From the NCBI GenBank assembly GCA_965140445.1, contig OZ223236.1:160001-224000 (forward strand): 64,000 nucleotides of DNA. The letters are read 5' to 3'. The position numbers and the translations under genes were made by a program. Below are positions 20,338-30,517 of the stretch, in pieces; the stretch's first letter is position 1; the number at the start of each line of letters is the position of its first letter. The stretch comes from Candidatus Ozemobacteraceae bacterium. Lineage in GTDB: Bacteria; Muiribacteriota; Ozemobacteria; Ozemobacterales; Ozemobacteraceae. The notes beneath the pieces are model-generated. The model did no database searches and had not been told where the DNA came from. It saw nothing but the letters and a program-made list of their open reading frames with translations.

Positions 20338-20429
20338 GTACTTTTTTTTCGTAAAAGCAATCAATGTACCGTTTCTTCGCATTTACAGCCAAAAATCACT
20401 CCATTTAAGAATAAAAGATTTCTACTTTT

Positions 20430-21374
20430 TTATTGAGATGAGCTGAACTGTCTATAGATATCGCACCCAAGCTGTTTAAACATTTGAGCGTTCTCAAGAG
20501 AAGTAATCCACTTCTCAGGAATCTTATTTAAACCGTTCCATGCTCCAAACATCGCCCCCGCCATTGCTCCAACCGCATCGGTATCACCGCCGGAATTTAC
20601 GGCACCAATAAGCATTTCTTCAAAGTTATCATTAAACTTTAAGAACCAATACAATGCCACAGAGAAAGCCTCTACAGAGTATCCACTATTCCCAAGCGTT
20701 TTTATCGCCATAACCGGGTCAGCCGTTAACAACTCTTTTAATTGCTTCATCTTTTTGGGAAAATCTGGGATATAAGGCGCTGCTTTTTCAATTGCCTTGC
20801 TAATTATTGTATCAACATCAAACTCTGTTCTTTCGAACCCCATCTGTAATATAGAGCAAAAAGCAAGAGCTATCCCCACTACCTTCTTGTCTGTATGGGT
20901 AACTTTGGTAGACTTGTCGATTGCATTTCTTAAAAGCACTTCAGACCTGCAAAAAGCCATAGCATACGGAACAGTACGACATGAAGCGCAAATACCCGCT
21001 GAAAGATGCCCGGACTGGTTCCACGGAGCTCCCGCAGCAAGTTTTCTACAAGATTTCATCAAAGTGTTTCCGGGAAAACGCCACTCAGATCTTTTCTTCT
21101 GGGACTGAAACCAATCTACAAATTTTCCAGCAATATCGTCTACAGAAAAACCTTTAGCGTCAATCAAGCTTTTCGCAAGAATAAGCATCTGCTGAGTTTC
21201 ATCAGAATATTGCCCCGGTCTTAAATGGCTTACTGGATGAGAAGGAAAAGCTTTTACATAAAATCTTATGGGCTCGATTCCCTCTCCTGGATCTCTAAAA
21301 ACATCTTCTATTGGAGTTCCAAAAGCATCTCCAATGGCGTAACCAAGTAAAGTGGCCTGGAATTTTTCAATCAT
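20430..21374 (-). CDS. ADP-ribosylglycohydrolase (ARH/DraG family)
   Basis: Motifs A.GDAFG.P.E, GQYSDET, TH and GGDTDAVGAMAGA.FGA..G...IP..W. Confidence 0.9.
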   Translation of the reverse strand: MIEKFQATLLGYAIGDAFGTPIEDVFRDPGEGIEPIRFYVKAFPSHPVSHLRPGQYSDETQQMLILAKSLIDAKGFSVDDIAGKFVDWFQSQKKRSEWRFPGNTLMKSCRKLAAGAPWNQSGHLSAGICASCRTVPYAMAFCRSEVLLRNAIDKSTKVTHTDKKVVGIALAFCSILQMGFERTEFDVDTIISKAIEKAAPYIPDFPKKMKQLKELLTADPVMAIKTLGNSGYSVEAFSVALYWFLKFNDNFEEMLIGAVNSGGDTDAVGAMAGAMFGAWNGLNKIPEKWITSLENAQMFKQLGCDIYRQFSSSQ

Positions 21375-21421
21375 TTTTCAGCCCTCAATTGCAGAATGGG
21401 AATAACCGGAATGACTCAAAT

Positions 21422-23598
21422 TCAAGATTTTTTCCCTTGAATCATTTCACGAATCTTTGCCTCTCGCAAAGCAAGAAAGACACCTGGATTTCTTTCCAGA
21501 AATCTATAAAACTCCATAACATCAATTGCATAAACAATTGAATCTTCTTCAGCATGGAAAGCAAATCGTTGAGAACCTCTTCTTGGAGTGGCATAAATCT
21601 TGGCCAGGAAACTCCCTCGGCAAGCCCTCAGCATAGGTTTACCAGCTCTTTCGACAACCACAGCCCCAGAATCTATCAAAAAGAAATTTTCGCGCGTGGT
21701 TCCCTGATAAACAACCACTTCACCTTTTTTAAAGCGGATTCTAGACATAATCCCCTGCAATTGCGTTCTTTGAGTAGCCGAAAGATTTCTCAGCAATGGA
21801 GTGTCATCAAAAAGATCCCAGGTTCTATATTCTCTGTTTTGAGCAATAATCTTCATTTGACGAGCAATTTCAGAACCACGGATAAAATAAAGGAAATCAT
21901 ATTTATCCATTACAAGAACTTTAAGATCTGAATCAGCTATGACATTTGCATTTCTGGGATGATTTAAAATCATCGATGTCTCACCGATGTAATCATTGTT
22001 TGAGTAAAACTTAATCTCCTGACCATCTTTTTCCACTTTTGCGCGACCGGAAACAATCATAAAGAACCTGTCACCAACTGTATCTCTATGAATTATAGTC
22101 TCGCCTGCTTTAAAATGCTCTACTCTGACCAGAGTCAAGAATTCCCGCGCCTTTTCAATCGGCAAGCCTGAGAACAAATCAATGTGATTTAAAACATCGA
22201 GATATTCTAAAGCGTCGTTGCTAGATGGTGGAGCTACAGGTATAACAACCGACTCCTCACGACCATCCGGAGCTTTTACCAACCCTGAATCCTCAGGAAC
22301 ATTTTTGTCAGAAACGTGGACAAGTCTAATTCTTTCTTTTACCGACTCCGGCAAATCTGCTAGATTCTGCATTGGAGTATGAAGTGGTGGAATTCCAGCT
22401 TCATGCAGGATTAATGAATGGTGCCAGGGAAAATTTGTCAGCTCAATCATTCTATAGCGATTAACATCACCCTTTTCGAATAATTGTCTGAATGTTTCTG
22501 GGTCGTACAGGGAGTCAGAAGAGTATGCAAAACTCTTTCCCTGAAAATACACCTCAAACCCTACAGTAGGTATTGAGTGGAGAGTATAGAAAAAACGAAA
22601 TTCCCCACCATTAATTCTTATTGGAACCTGTAGAGTTACAGGATGAAAATGAAAAAGGTTCATGAAAGTTTTGTAATCAAGACCAGTTAAAGACTGATAC
22701 TTTCTGACAAAACTATCCATAATTGTCTCAGTTGAATACAGATTGATCTTTTTCTCTTCGAGCATCTTCTGCAAAATGCCTGAATCATGATCTGCATGGC
22801 AATGCGTCAAAATACAATCATCAATTAATCTAGGATTAATATCCATAGCCTTAAGCCATGAAGTTGAATCTACAGGAGGATCAACAAGAATCCCGCGTTT
22901 ATTAACCCACAAAATAAAACCACTTGTCATTTCTTTTGGGTCAAAGCCAGAACCAGAACCAATTACCGTGACACCAAAAAGTGGCGGTTCAAAAGGCGTT
23001 TTTCCTTTAGGTTTTTCCTCTGGCTTTAAGCCGAAACTAACATCTAACGAAACTTCAGCTAAAATATTCTTTCCATCAACTACGCGGAGTGTGTCTCGAG
23101 TTCTTTCAAGGGCCAAGTCACCGAAAGAACGCGATTATCTGGCCCCCAGGGAACTCCGGCTGCCATATCTGAAAGCTCGGCTTTTCGCTTTCCAGAGAGA
23201 CTCATAGGACGCAAAAATTCCATTTCTGCGCGTAAATTTGGTATTAGATCTCTGTTGATACCATAGGGATATTCTCTCACAAGCTGGATATTGTCCGGGC
23301 CTAAAACAGCTTCTCGCAATACTCTGAGGATAACTTCAATTTGATGTCTCTGACCAATTAACTTGATGGAGCGTCTTTTTATGAAGTAGTTATAATAGAA
23401 TGGGAATTCAAAATCAGCAAGGGAAACGCCCCTATCCGCCGAGAACATTCTATTGGGGATAACAAAAGTATCAGGAACATCACCAATAATGCTCACTGAA
23501 TCTTTAATAGTTTCAGGCGGAGCCCCAACCTGAAGCACCCCAGAAGGAGTCTTTATCAGGGTCCCTCCCCTGGGTAACTGTATCACCTCTACAGACAT
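21422..23598 (-). pseudogene. MBL-fold cyclic-nucleotide phosphodiesterase with two cNMP-binding domains, split by one frameshift (probably sequence error)
   Basis: N-terminal part has LPRGG..I....G..Q.G.PPETIKD. C-terminal part has THCHADHDSG, HSIP, HEAG.PPLHT and two CNB domains (IGE...PRNANV). Adding one base near 23125 joins ORFs 23080-23607 and 21422-23116 into about 725 aa. Confidence 0.8.
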
Positions 23599-23710
23599 AC
23601 TACTCAACCATTTAACCTTTTACGTAATGAAGGATAAACAAAACATTCTCTAAATGCAATAATATTAATTATATGATCTTGGCTATCAACGACTAACGGC
23701 ACAGCAAACA

Positions 23711-24505
23711 TCAGGCCCTCCAATGGAGATCGGAATATTTTTTTTCCGAAAGTTCCTCAATTAATTCCCTGTCTTCGGCGGAAACCTCTCTTTCCGTTAG
23801 TATCAATTCAAACTTTTCTGAAAAATTCTTTGCAATTAAATCTGGAAGCCTTGCGATTTCATTTTGACTTAAGCAATCTGATAAACTTGAAATTTTTAGA
23901 TTCCTCCCGGCGGAATCCTTATTAAAAAATATTTCTTCTGGCGGCGCAATCAGCGAACACGGAATAGAACCATGAACCGTCAAACAATCCCTTTTTGCAA
24001 TGCCAGCAGCACCTACCAGCTTTTTTCCATTCATAAAAATAGAGTGTCCAGCCGCAACTGCGTAACAATGGGCTCTAGAACCTGAATCCAGACTTTTTTC
24101 AGGAGCAGCAAATTCAGCATCCAGCCCCAGTTCTTGCAAGCCAAGAACAACAGGATCTACAAGCAACTTAAACATACTTAAAAAAGTCTTATCTTTTGCC
24201 TTTTTCTGCAAAAATTCAATAGGCGCTCCCATCGAAAAGGTAATCTCATCGGCATGAAACACCATCTTCCCGCCAGAAGCTCTTCTGACCATATTAATCC
24301 CTATTTTTTTCGCGACCTCCATATCAACCAGCTTTTCCACAGGTTGGTTGTAACCAAATGACAGACAATATGGCCGCCACTTATAAAACCTCAAAAAAGC
24401 ATAGCTTTTTGAATTGGCCAGGGCTGAAGCTATGACTTCATCGAAAGCCATGTTCTCTTTTCCGGAGTAGGTAGCCAATCTGTAATAGTGAAGATTTTCA
24501 AGCAT
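23711..24505 (-). CDS. Lipoate-protein ligase / octanoyltransferase (LplA/LipM family)
   Basis: Motifs ENMAFDE, LRFY.W...LSFGYNQ, VRR.SGG..V.H and GKKLVG.A. Start probably ATG 24505. Confidence 0.85.
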   Translation of the reverse strand: MLENLHYYRLATYSGKENMAFDEVIASALANSKSYAFLRFYKWRPYCLSFGYNQPVEKLVDMEVAKKIGINMVRRASGGKMVFHADEITFSMGAPIEFLQKKAKDKTFLSMFKLLVDPVVLGLQELGLDAEFAAPEKSLDSGSRAHCYAVAAGHSIFMNGKKLVGAAGIAKRDCLTVHGSIPCSLIAPPEEIFFNKDSAGRNLKISSLSDCLSQNEIARLPDLIAKNFSEKFELILTEREVSAEDRELIEELSEKKYSDLHWRA

Positions 24506-24754
24506 AGTAAGATAAATTAAACAATCAAAGAACCATTTCAAGGTCTTTTTTCAGCTAAAAATCACCACAAACAAAAACAAACATATAAAAACAAATTAAA
24601 GCAGTTTATTTCACCTGAAGTTAAAATATTCAGAAAAAAACAGTTTGTATGTCTGTGTATCTCAGTGTTTATTTTTGTCGTCACTAACACCCGAAGCTTT
24701 ACTCTGACACGCAAATGCGGTAGTTTTAAATCAATTCCAAAAAGAGAATGAAAA

Positions 24755-25336
24755 ATGAAAAATAGTATTTTGAACTTAAATCCAGTGATCCACGACTTCC
24801 TTACCTTAAAAAAAATTCGCAGAACGGGATGGCAACTGAGAGGAATTAAAGACGCAGAGTCTCTTGCAGACCACTGCTTCGGTGTAGTCTTCCTCACATA
24901 CCTCCTGGCTGATCTGATGCAAATGGAGATAGATAAAAATCACGCAGTTTCCCTTTCAATAATCCACGAGCTTGGAGAATGCAGGGTTGGCGACATCCCA
25001 TATACCGCACTGAAGTATTTTCCAAACAAATCAGAAATTGAGCAGGAAGCAGTGAAAGACATTCTTTCGCCACTTGGCGCAAAAGTAGTTGAAGAAAATT
25101 CTGAGTTGTTCAAAGAATTTGAAACGGGATCAACACTTGAAGCCAGGTTTGTCAAAGCAATTGATAAGTTGGAAATGATGATTACTGCAGCAGAATACGA
25201 AAAAACCGGCTTTGCTTCACTGGTGGATTTTTGGGAGAATGAATCCACCTTTAGAAGTTTCGAAGAGTTCCCTTTAATATCCGACTATGCACTAACCTTA
25301 AAAGAAAATAGAAACCTAAGGCTAAGCGGAAAATAA
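24755..25336 (+). CDS. HD-domain 5'-deoxynucleotidase-like protein (YfbR/HDDC2 family)
   Basis: Motifs LK...RTGW...G...ESLADH, HE..E...GDIP and EARFVK.IDKLE. Confidence 0.85.
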   Translation: MKNSILNLNPVIHDFLTLKKIRRTGWQLRGIKDAESLADHCFGVVFLTYLLADLMQMEIDKNHAVSLSIIHELGECRVGDIPYTALKYFPNKSEIEQEAVKDILSPLGAKVVEENSELFKEFETGSTLEARFVKAIDKLEMMITAAEYEKTGFASLVDFWENESTFRSFEEFPLISDYALTLKENRNLRLSGK

Positions 25337-26064
25337 TGATAATAACAAAGAATCTCTGCAAAGAATTTAATGGGCAGAAAGCGGTAACAAACCTCAATCT
25401 CAACATCCCGCAAGGAGCAATGTTTGGTTTCCTGGGTCCAAATGGAGCCGGAAAAACCACCACTTTGAGGATATTAATGGGGCTTTTGCAGCCTTCAAGC
25501 GGAGAAGCCATAATAGACGGAATAGATGTCTGCAAAAATCCAATTGAAGTAAGAGCAAAGGTTGGATATCTTCCTGATGAAATTTTTCTATACGACTATT
25601 TATCAGGACACCAATTCTTAGAATTCGTTGCTGACATACATAAAATTCCTGAAAGCACAAAAAACTCGAAAATAGATGAGCTATTGTCTCTTTTTGGACT
25701 CGAAAATGCTGCTGACGAATACACCGCCAATTACAGTTTTGGAATGAAGAAAAAACTAGCTTTGGCGGGAATAGTAATCCATAACCCTCCAGTTTTACTA
25801 CTGGATGAGCCATTTAACGGGCTAGACCCACAGGCTACCAGAGACTTTAGAAACCTCCTGATAAACATGGCAAAATCAGGAACCACTGTTATCTTTTCGA
25901 GTCATGTTCTTGAAGTAGTGGAAAAACTTGTTACCCATGCAGGGATAATCTCTCGAGGCGAGCTGAAAATTCAAGACAGCATAGAAAACTTTTCGAAGAA
26001 ATTTTCCAGCCTGGAAAAAGCCTTTTTCAAATTCACAGAAGAACCTTCAGACAGGCAGGCCTAA
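25336..26064 (+). CDS. ABC-2-type transporter ATP-binding protein
   Basis: Walker A GPNGAGKT, signature YSFGMKKK, Walker B LLLDEP and SSH switch. TAATG overlap with the HD gene. Confidence 0.9.
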   Translation: MIITKNLCKEFNGQKAVTNLNLNIPQGAMFGFLGPNGAGKTTTLRILMGLLQPSSGEAIIDGIDVCKNPIEVRAKVGYLPDEIFLYDYLSGHQFLEFVADIHKIPESTKNSKIDELLSLFGLENAADEYTANYSFGMKKKLALAGIVIHNPPVLLLDEPFNGLDPQATRDFRNLLINMAKSGTTVIFSSHVLEVVEKLVTHAGIISRGELKIQDSIENFSKKFSSLEKAFFKFTEEPSDRQA

Positions 26065-26067
26065 CAC

Positions 26068-27474
26068 TCAGGAAGACGGTCTTTTTTTCCTTAGTCTTAC
26101 TCTCACTGCCTTTTCCACGGGAGCATCGGACAAACCGACAATCGATTTAGTTTCAAAAAGAACATCCAACCCCTCTTCAAGGCAATTCATTAATTCCTCT
26201 GACAAAGCTGAAAATGGAAACAAAATCTCTTTTCCGTCAAAGGATTTTATTATTCCGACCTTTTTGTCAGAATCAAATCTTAAAATTTTCCCGGGCATGG
26301 TATCGGATTCAGAAGAAACAGCCAATCGCTCAACGCTTACAGCAATTGGACTCATCTTATCTTTCACAACCCCAAAACGAACCGGATCGCCTTTTTTAAG
26401 CAACTCTTGATCTTCTGGTTTGATAGCAGAATAATGCAAAAGAACTTCTGGGTATTCAGGACAAGTCAGAGTTCCAATCCCGGTTTCATTGTTATACCAT
26501 TTCACAGAGCCTTCTACTACGGCGTCAGGGCAAGGATCGTATATCATTTCTTCGACGGTTTTTCCTATTTCTCCGCGAATAGTTTCAATTTGCACAATTA
26601 ACTGCTTCACTTCTGTCTGGTCGGGATTACTTTTAAGGCTGTCCTGCAAAGTTTGCACCGCCATTCCCAATAAGCGTCTTTTGAAGTAAACCAGGCCAAG
26701 ATACAGTAAAGATGAAGAATCACCAGGAATCATCCGAAGTGCTTCAAGAAGGTGCTTCTCAGACTCTTCATACAGTTCAAGCTCATATAAAACAGCACCA
26801 ACCTCTCGATGATAAGAAGCCTGATATGGATATCTTTTTATCAATTGCCTATAGATATCTAACGACTCTTCAAACCAATTCATTCGAGAATATATATCTG
26901 CCAGCTGCTCCATTGATTCCACATTTCTCGGATCAATCTCAAGTATTCTCTTAAACTCTTCTGCGGCATCTAAGAAGTGGGTTTCAGCTCTTTCTTCATC
27001 ATGCTTCAATCGATAAATCTCTCCGAGATATCGATGGAAAAAACCAGGCCTGATACCAACCTGGAGCCCCTGCTGAAAACATTTTATTGAGCTGTCGTAA
27101 TCCTCAATCAAGCGGTAAGCAAGTCCAAGGGTTTCAAAATAATCGGGTTCTCCAGGATTTTGCTTCAGGCAACTCAAAATGCCCTTAATAGCTTCTTTGT
27201 ATTTTCCTTCATTCAGTAGTTCTACTGCATTGGAAAAGTCTACATCCACTTTTTCGAGAAATTTTTCAAGTTTATTGTCATACTCGGCTTTTTTTTCGTC
27301 ATCTGCAAATAAATCAAAAGCATCTTTTAATTCCTTTAGCTTAGGAATATTTGCCAATGGCGAGTCTGAAGAAAACAATTCAACATGCTTCTTTTTATAA
27401 GCAGTTGCACATTCTTCAAATGAAGCGAAGTTTTCAACCCCAAGTAGCCGATAATAGTTCTGCATCCAGTACAT
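26068..27474 (-). CDS. J-like domain, TPR repeats and two cold-shock domains
   Basis: NYYRLLGV...A.....AYK...AF....D..K..YD J pattern; several TPR units; G.VKWYN...G.G...EVLLHYSAI and GKILRFD..K.VG.I...G.EI.F.FSAL CSD patterns. Confidence 0.75.
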   Translation of the reverse strand: MYWMQNYYRLLGVENFASFEECATAYKKKHVELFSSDSPLANIPKLKELKDAFDLFADDEKKAEYDNKLEKFLEKVDVDFSNAVELLNEGKYKEAIKGILSCLKQNPGEPDYFETLGLAYRLIEDYDSSIKCFQQGLQVGIRPGFFHRYLGEIYRLKHDEERAETHFLDAAEEFKRILEIDPRNVESMEQLADIYSRMNWFEESLDIYRQLIKRYPYQASYHREVGAVLYELELYEESEKHLLEALRMIPGDSSSLLYLGLVYFKRRLLGMAVQTLQDSLKSNPDQTEVKQLIVQIETIRGEIGKTVEEMIYDPCPDAVVEGSVKWYNNETGIGTLTCPEYPEVLLHYSAIKPEDQELLKKGDPVRFGVVKDKMSPIAVSVERLAVSSESDTMPGKILRFDSDKKVGIIKSFDGKEILFPFSALSEELMNCLEEGLDVLFETKSIVGLSDAPVEKAVRVRLRKKRPSS

Positions 27475-27617
27475 TCGTCCCCTGTGAATTTCAGTTGTAA
27501 ATTGTAACTTTTAATGAGAGTTTTAGCAAGATTGGTCCAGATTAATAACAGCTTTTTTTTTCTGTCCAACCTTAGCCCTTGAAATAGTCATGTCCTGTGG
27601 GGTAAATTTGACCGCCT

Positions 27618-28721
27618 ATGAAAAGAATAATTAAAACTATTGATAAGTATATGCTAAAAGAACTCCTTGAGCCTTTTCTTTTTGGCATGGCTTTTTTCGT
27701 TGCCATCTGGTTGATAGATCTAATGATGGAATTAATCAATCTTATTTTCTCAAAGGGCGTACCAGTAGACGTAGTATTTTTGTTTTTTGTTTACAGTCTT
27801 CCCCCAACACTCGTTATAAGTTTTCCAATGGCAATTCTGCTATCAAATCTTGTTGCCTTTGGTCGCTTATCGTCAGATTCAGAAGTAATTGCTTTAAAGG
27901 CAGGGGGATATAGCTTTACCAGGATCGTGGCTCCAGCAATAGCCGCAGGACTTTTCATAACGGCTTTAACCTTTTTATTCAACGAAAAGCTGGTCCCAAT
28001 CGCCAATGAAAAATTTACCAGGCTATTTAGACGCGAAGTAACGTTAAAACGCCCGCTTCCCAAGATAGCTGAAAACCGTTTTTTTGAAGCTGGGCCTGGG
28101 AGAAAATTCTATGTTCGCAAATTTAACCCGGAAACAAAAGATATGTTCGGGGTCGTTATGTATGAAGGACAACCCAAAGACTTTCCCAGAATCATCGAAG
28201 CAGAAAAAGCCAGATTGGCGGACGGAGTTTGCTCATTTTGGGACGGGCGAATTTCCGATATCCACAAGAGCGGTGAGGATAAGCACTATACATATTTTGA
28301 GTCAATGGAATACCCCATAGACACCCATTACGTAAACCCTGATCATGTTCCAGACTCAAAAAGCGCAAGAACGATGAGCCTATACGAACTGTATAATTTT
28401 ATTAAAGATTCAGAGAAAAAAGGCATGTCTGAAAAGATTCTAACCCAGCACTGGATTGAGTTCTGGGCTAAGTCATGCATTCCATTTGCCAGCCTGATTT
28501 TTGTTCTTATCGGAGCCCCACTTGGTTCACAGACAACCAGATCAGGCACTGGAATAGGAATAGGAATGTCCGTAGTTATTATTTTCCTGTATTATATTTT
28601 GTTTGCCGCAGGAAAAGCGTTTGCTAAAGGTGCATTTCTGCCTCCATTCTTTGGGGTTTGGCTCCCCAATTTTATTATCGGTGGAATTGGCATATGGCTA
28701 ATTTTCAAATCCAAAGATTAA
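27618..28721 (+). CDS. LptF/LptG family LPS export permease
   Basis: Motifs IDKYMLKELL.PF, GRLSSDSEVIALKAGG.S, IPFASLIF.LIGAPLG and WLPN. Confidence 0.9.
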   Translation: MKRIIKTIDKYMLKELLEPFLFGMAFFVAIWLIDLMMELINLIFSKGVPVDVVFLFFVYSLPPTLVISFPMAILLSNLVAFGRLSSDSEVIALKAGGYSFTRIVAPAIAAGLFITALTFLFNEKLVPIANEKFTRLFRREVTLKRPLPKIAENRFFEAGPGRKFYVRKFNPETKDMFGVVMYEGQPKDFPRIIEAEKARLADGVCSFWDGRISDIHKSGEDKHYTYFESMEYPIDTHYVNPDHVPDSKSARTMSLYELYNFIKDSEKKGMSEKILTQHWIEFWAKSCIPFASLIFVLIGAPLGSQTTRSGTGIGIGMSVVIIFLYYILFAAGKAFAKGAFLPPFFGVWLPNFIIGGIGIWLIFKSKD

Positions 28722-28749
28722 TTTACTTTCTACGTCAGAGGAGCAATAA

Positions 28750-30516
28750 ATGAAAAAGAAACTCACAGCATATATAAACACATGTCTTGAACCACTTCTG
28801 GCGAAATATGGCATTGAAGAAAAGCAAAATTTTGATGTCCAGATTCCTCCGGACACAAGTAAAGGTGATTTCGCATTAAATGCGGCCATGAAGCTGGCCA
28901 AGCCTGCAAAATGCCCTCCAAGAAAGTTAGCGGAAGAAATTTGCGATTTATTGGGAAAAGACGACTTCTGGTTTTCCAAAATTGAAATTGCGGGGCCGGG
29001 ATTCATTAATCTGTTTGTAAAAAAAGATGCTATAGAATCTGTTTTTAACGATTTCAAAAAATCTGAAGACTTTGAACTTTTATCCGAAAAGCCAAAAGAA
29101 AAGGTAATTGTAGATTATTCAAGCGTAAATATTGCAAAGCAAATGCATGTTGGGCACTTACGCTCCACAATTATTGGCGATGTGTTATCAAGAACAATTG
29201 AAGCTCGAGGTGACATGGTAATAAGACAAAATCACCTTGGAGACTGGGGGCTGCCTATGGCGATGGTGCTTTGGAAAGCCGCTCCAATAATCGACAAGGC
29301 TGAAAATGAAGGCAAAACTGCAGAGCAGGTTCTCGACCTTCCTTCACTAGAAAGTCTTTACAAAGAAGCTACTGCGGAATGCAAGAGCAATCCTCAAGCG
29401 GCAGATGAATGTCATAAGTTTCTGGTGGACCTTCAACAGGGTGACGCAAACCTCATCGACAAGTGGAAGCAGATTACCAAGATTTCCATGAAGGAAGTTT
29501 ATAGAATTTATGGACTTTTGGACGTAAAACTGAAAGAGGAAAATGAATGCGGTGAAAGTTTTTATCGCGAAATGCTTGCTGAAACTGTAGATTTGATTGA
29601 AAAAAGCGGAAACTTGACCGAATCAGAAGGTGCAAAATGCGTTTTCATGGAAGAATTTAAAGCAAAAGACGGAAATCCGCTTCCAGTTATTGTTGTAAAA
29701 TCTGACGGTGGTTTCAATTACGGCACTTTTGATCTTGCAGCTTTGAGACATAGGACACATAAGCTTGAAGCGGACAGAATTATCTATGTCACCGATGCGA
29801 GACAAGCGCTTCACTTTAAACAAGTCTTTGCTGTGGCAAGGAAATGTGACCTTTTAAAATCACCAGATGTTTCTCTGGAACACGTAACCTTTGGAACAAT
29901 TCTTGGTGACGACAACAAGCCACTAAAAACGCGAAGCGGTGAAAATGTAAAACTTTCTGAGTTACTGGACGAAGCAATTGCCAAGGCATATCAGGTTGTC
30001 CAGGAGAAAAACCCCGGCTTGTCAGAAGAAAAGAAAAAATCAGTTGCTCAGATAGTTGGCATTGGAGCTGTAAAGTATGCGGATCTTTCTCAAAACAGAA
30101 ACAATGACTACGTATTCTCTTTTGATCGCATGCTTGCTTTAAACGGCAATACTGCCCCATACCTTCAATATGCGCATGCCAGAATTTGCTCTATATTCAG
30201 AAAAGGTGGACTTGATCCAGAACAGATAAACCATGAGGTGCTAATTTCTCAAGAAGAAGAAAAAAACCTCATTCAAAAACTAATGGAATTTCCTCTTGTA
30301 GTAGAAGCAGTTTCAACTGATCTACGCCCACACGCCCTATGCAACTTTCTTTTTGAGCTTGCCACATCATTCTCATCATTCTATGACAAGTGCCCTGTGC
30401 TGATTTGCGAAGATGAAAAACTAAGAAACTCAAGACTTTCGCTATGCAATGTAACCAGAAAAGCTCTGGCAAGAGCCTTAAGCCTACTAGGCATAGCTGC
30501 TCCACAGGAGATGTAA
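28750..30516 (+). CDS. argS: Arginine--tRNA ligase
   Basis: Motifs VDYSS.NIAK.MHVGHLRST, KTRSG, GNTAPYLQYAHARI and C-terminal LGI.AP.EM. Confidence 0.97.
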   Translation: MKKKLTAYINTCLEPLLAKYGIEEKQNFDVQIPPDTSKGDFALNAAMKLAKPAKCPPRKLAEEICDLLGKDDFWFSKIEIAGPGFINLFVKKDAIESVFNDFKKSEDFELLSEKPKEKVIVDYSSVNIAKQMHVGHLRSTIIGDVLSRTIEARGDMVIRQNHLGDWGLPMAMVLWKAAPIIDKAENEGKTAEQVLDLPSLESLYKEATAECKSNPQAADECHKFLVDLQQGDANLIDKWKQITKISMKEVYRIYGLLDVKLKEENECGESFYREMLAETVDLIEKSGNLTESEGAKCVFMEEFKAKDGNPLPVIVVKSDGGFNYGTFDLAALRHRTHKLEADRIIYVTDARQALHFKQVFAVARKCDLLKSPDVSLEHVTFGTILGDDNKPLKTRSGENVKLSELLDEAIAKAYQVVQEKNPGLSEEKKKSVAQIVGIGAVKYADLSQNRNNDYVFSFDRMLALNGNTAPYLQYAHARICSIFRKGGLDPEQINHEVLISQEEEKNLIQKLMEFPLVVEAVSTDLRPHALCNFLFELATSFSSFYDKCPVLICEDEKLRNSRLSLCNVTRKALARALSLLGIAAPQEM

Positions 30517-30517
30517 A

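Noticed and set aside
23080..23160. Programmed frameshift in the MBL-cNMP gene
   Set aside because: No slippery heptamer or stimulator. Similar single-base indels in unrelated genes point to sequencing error.
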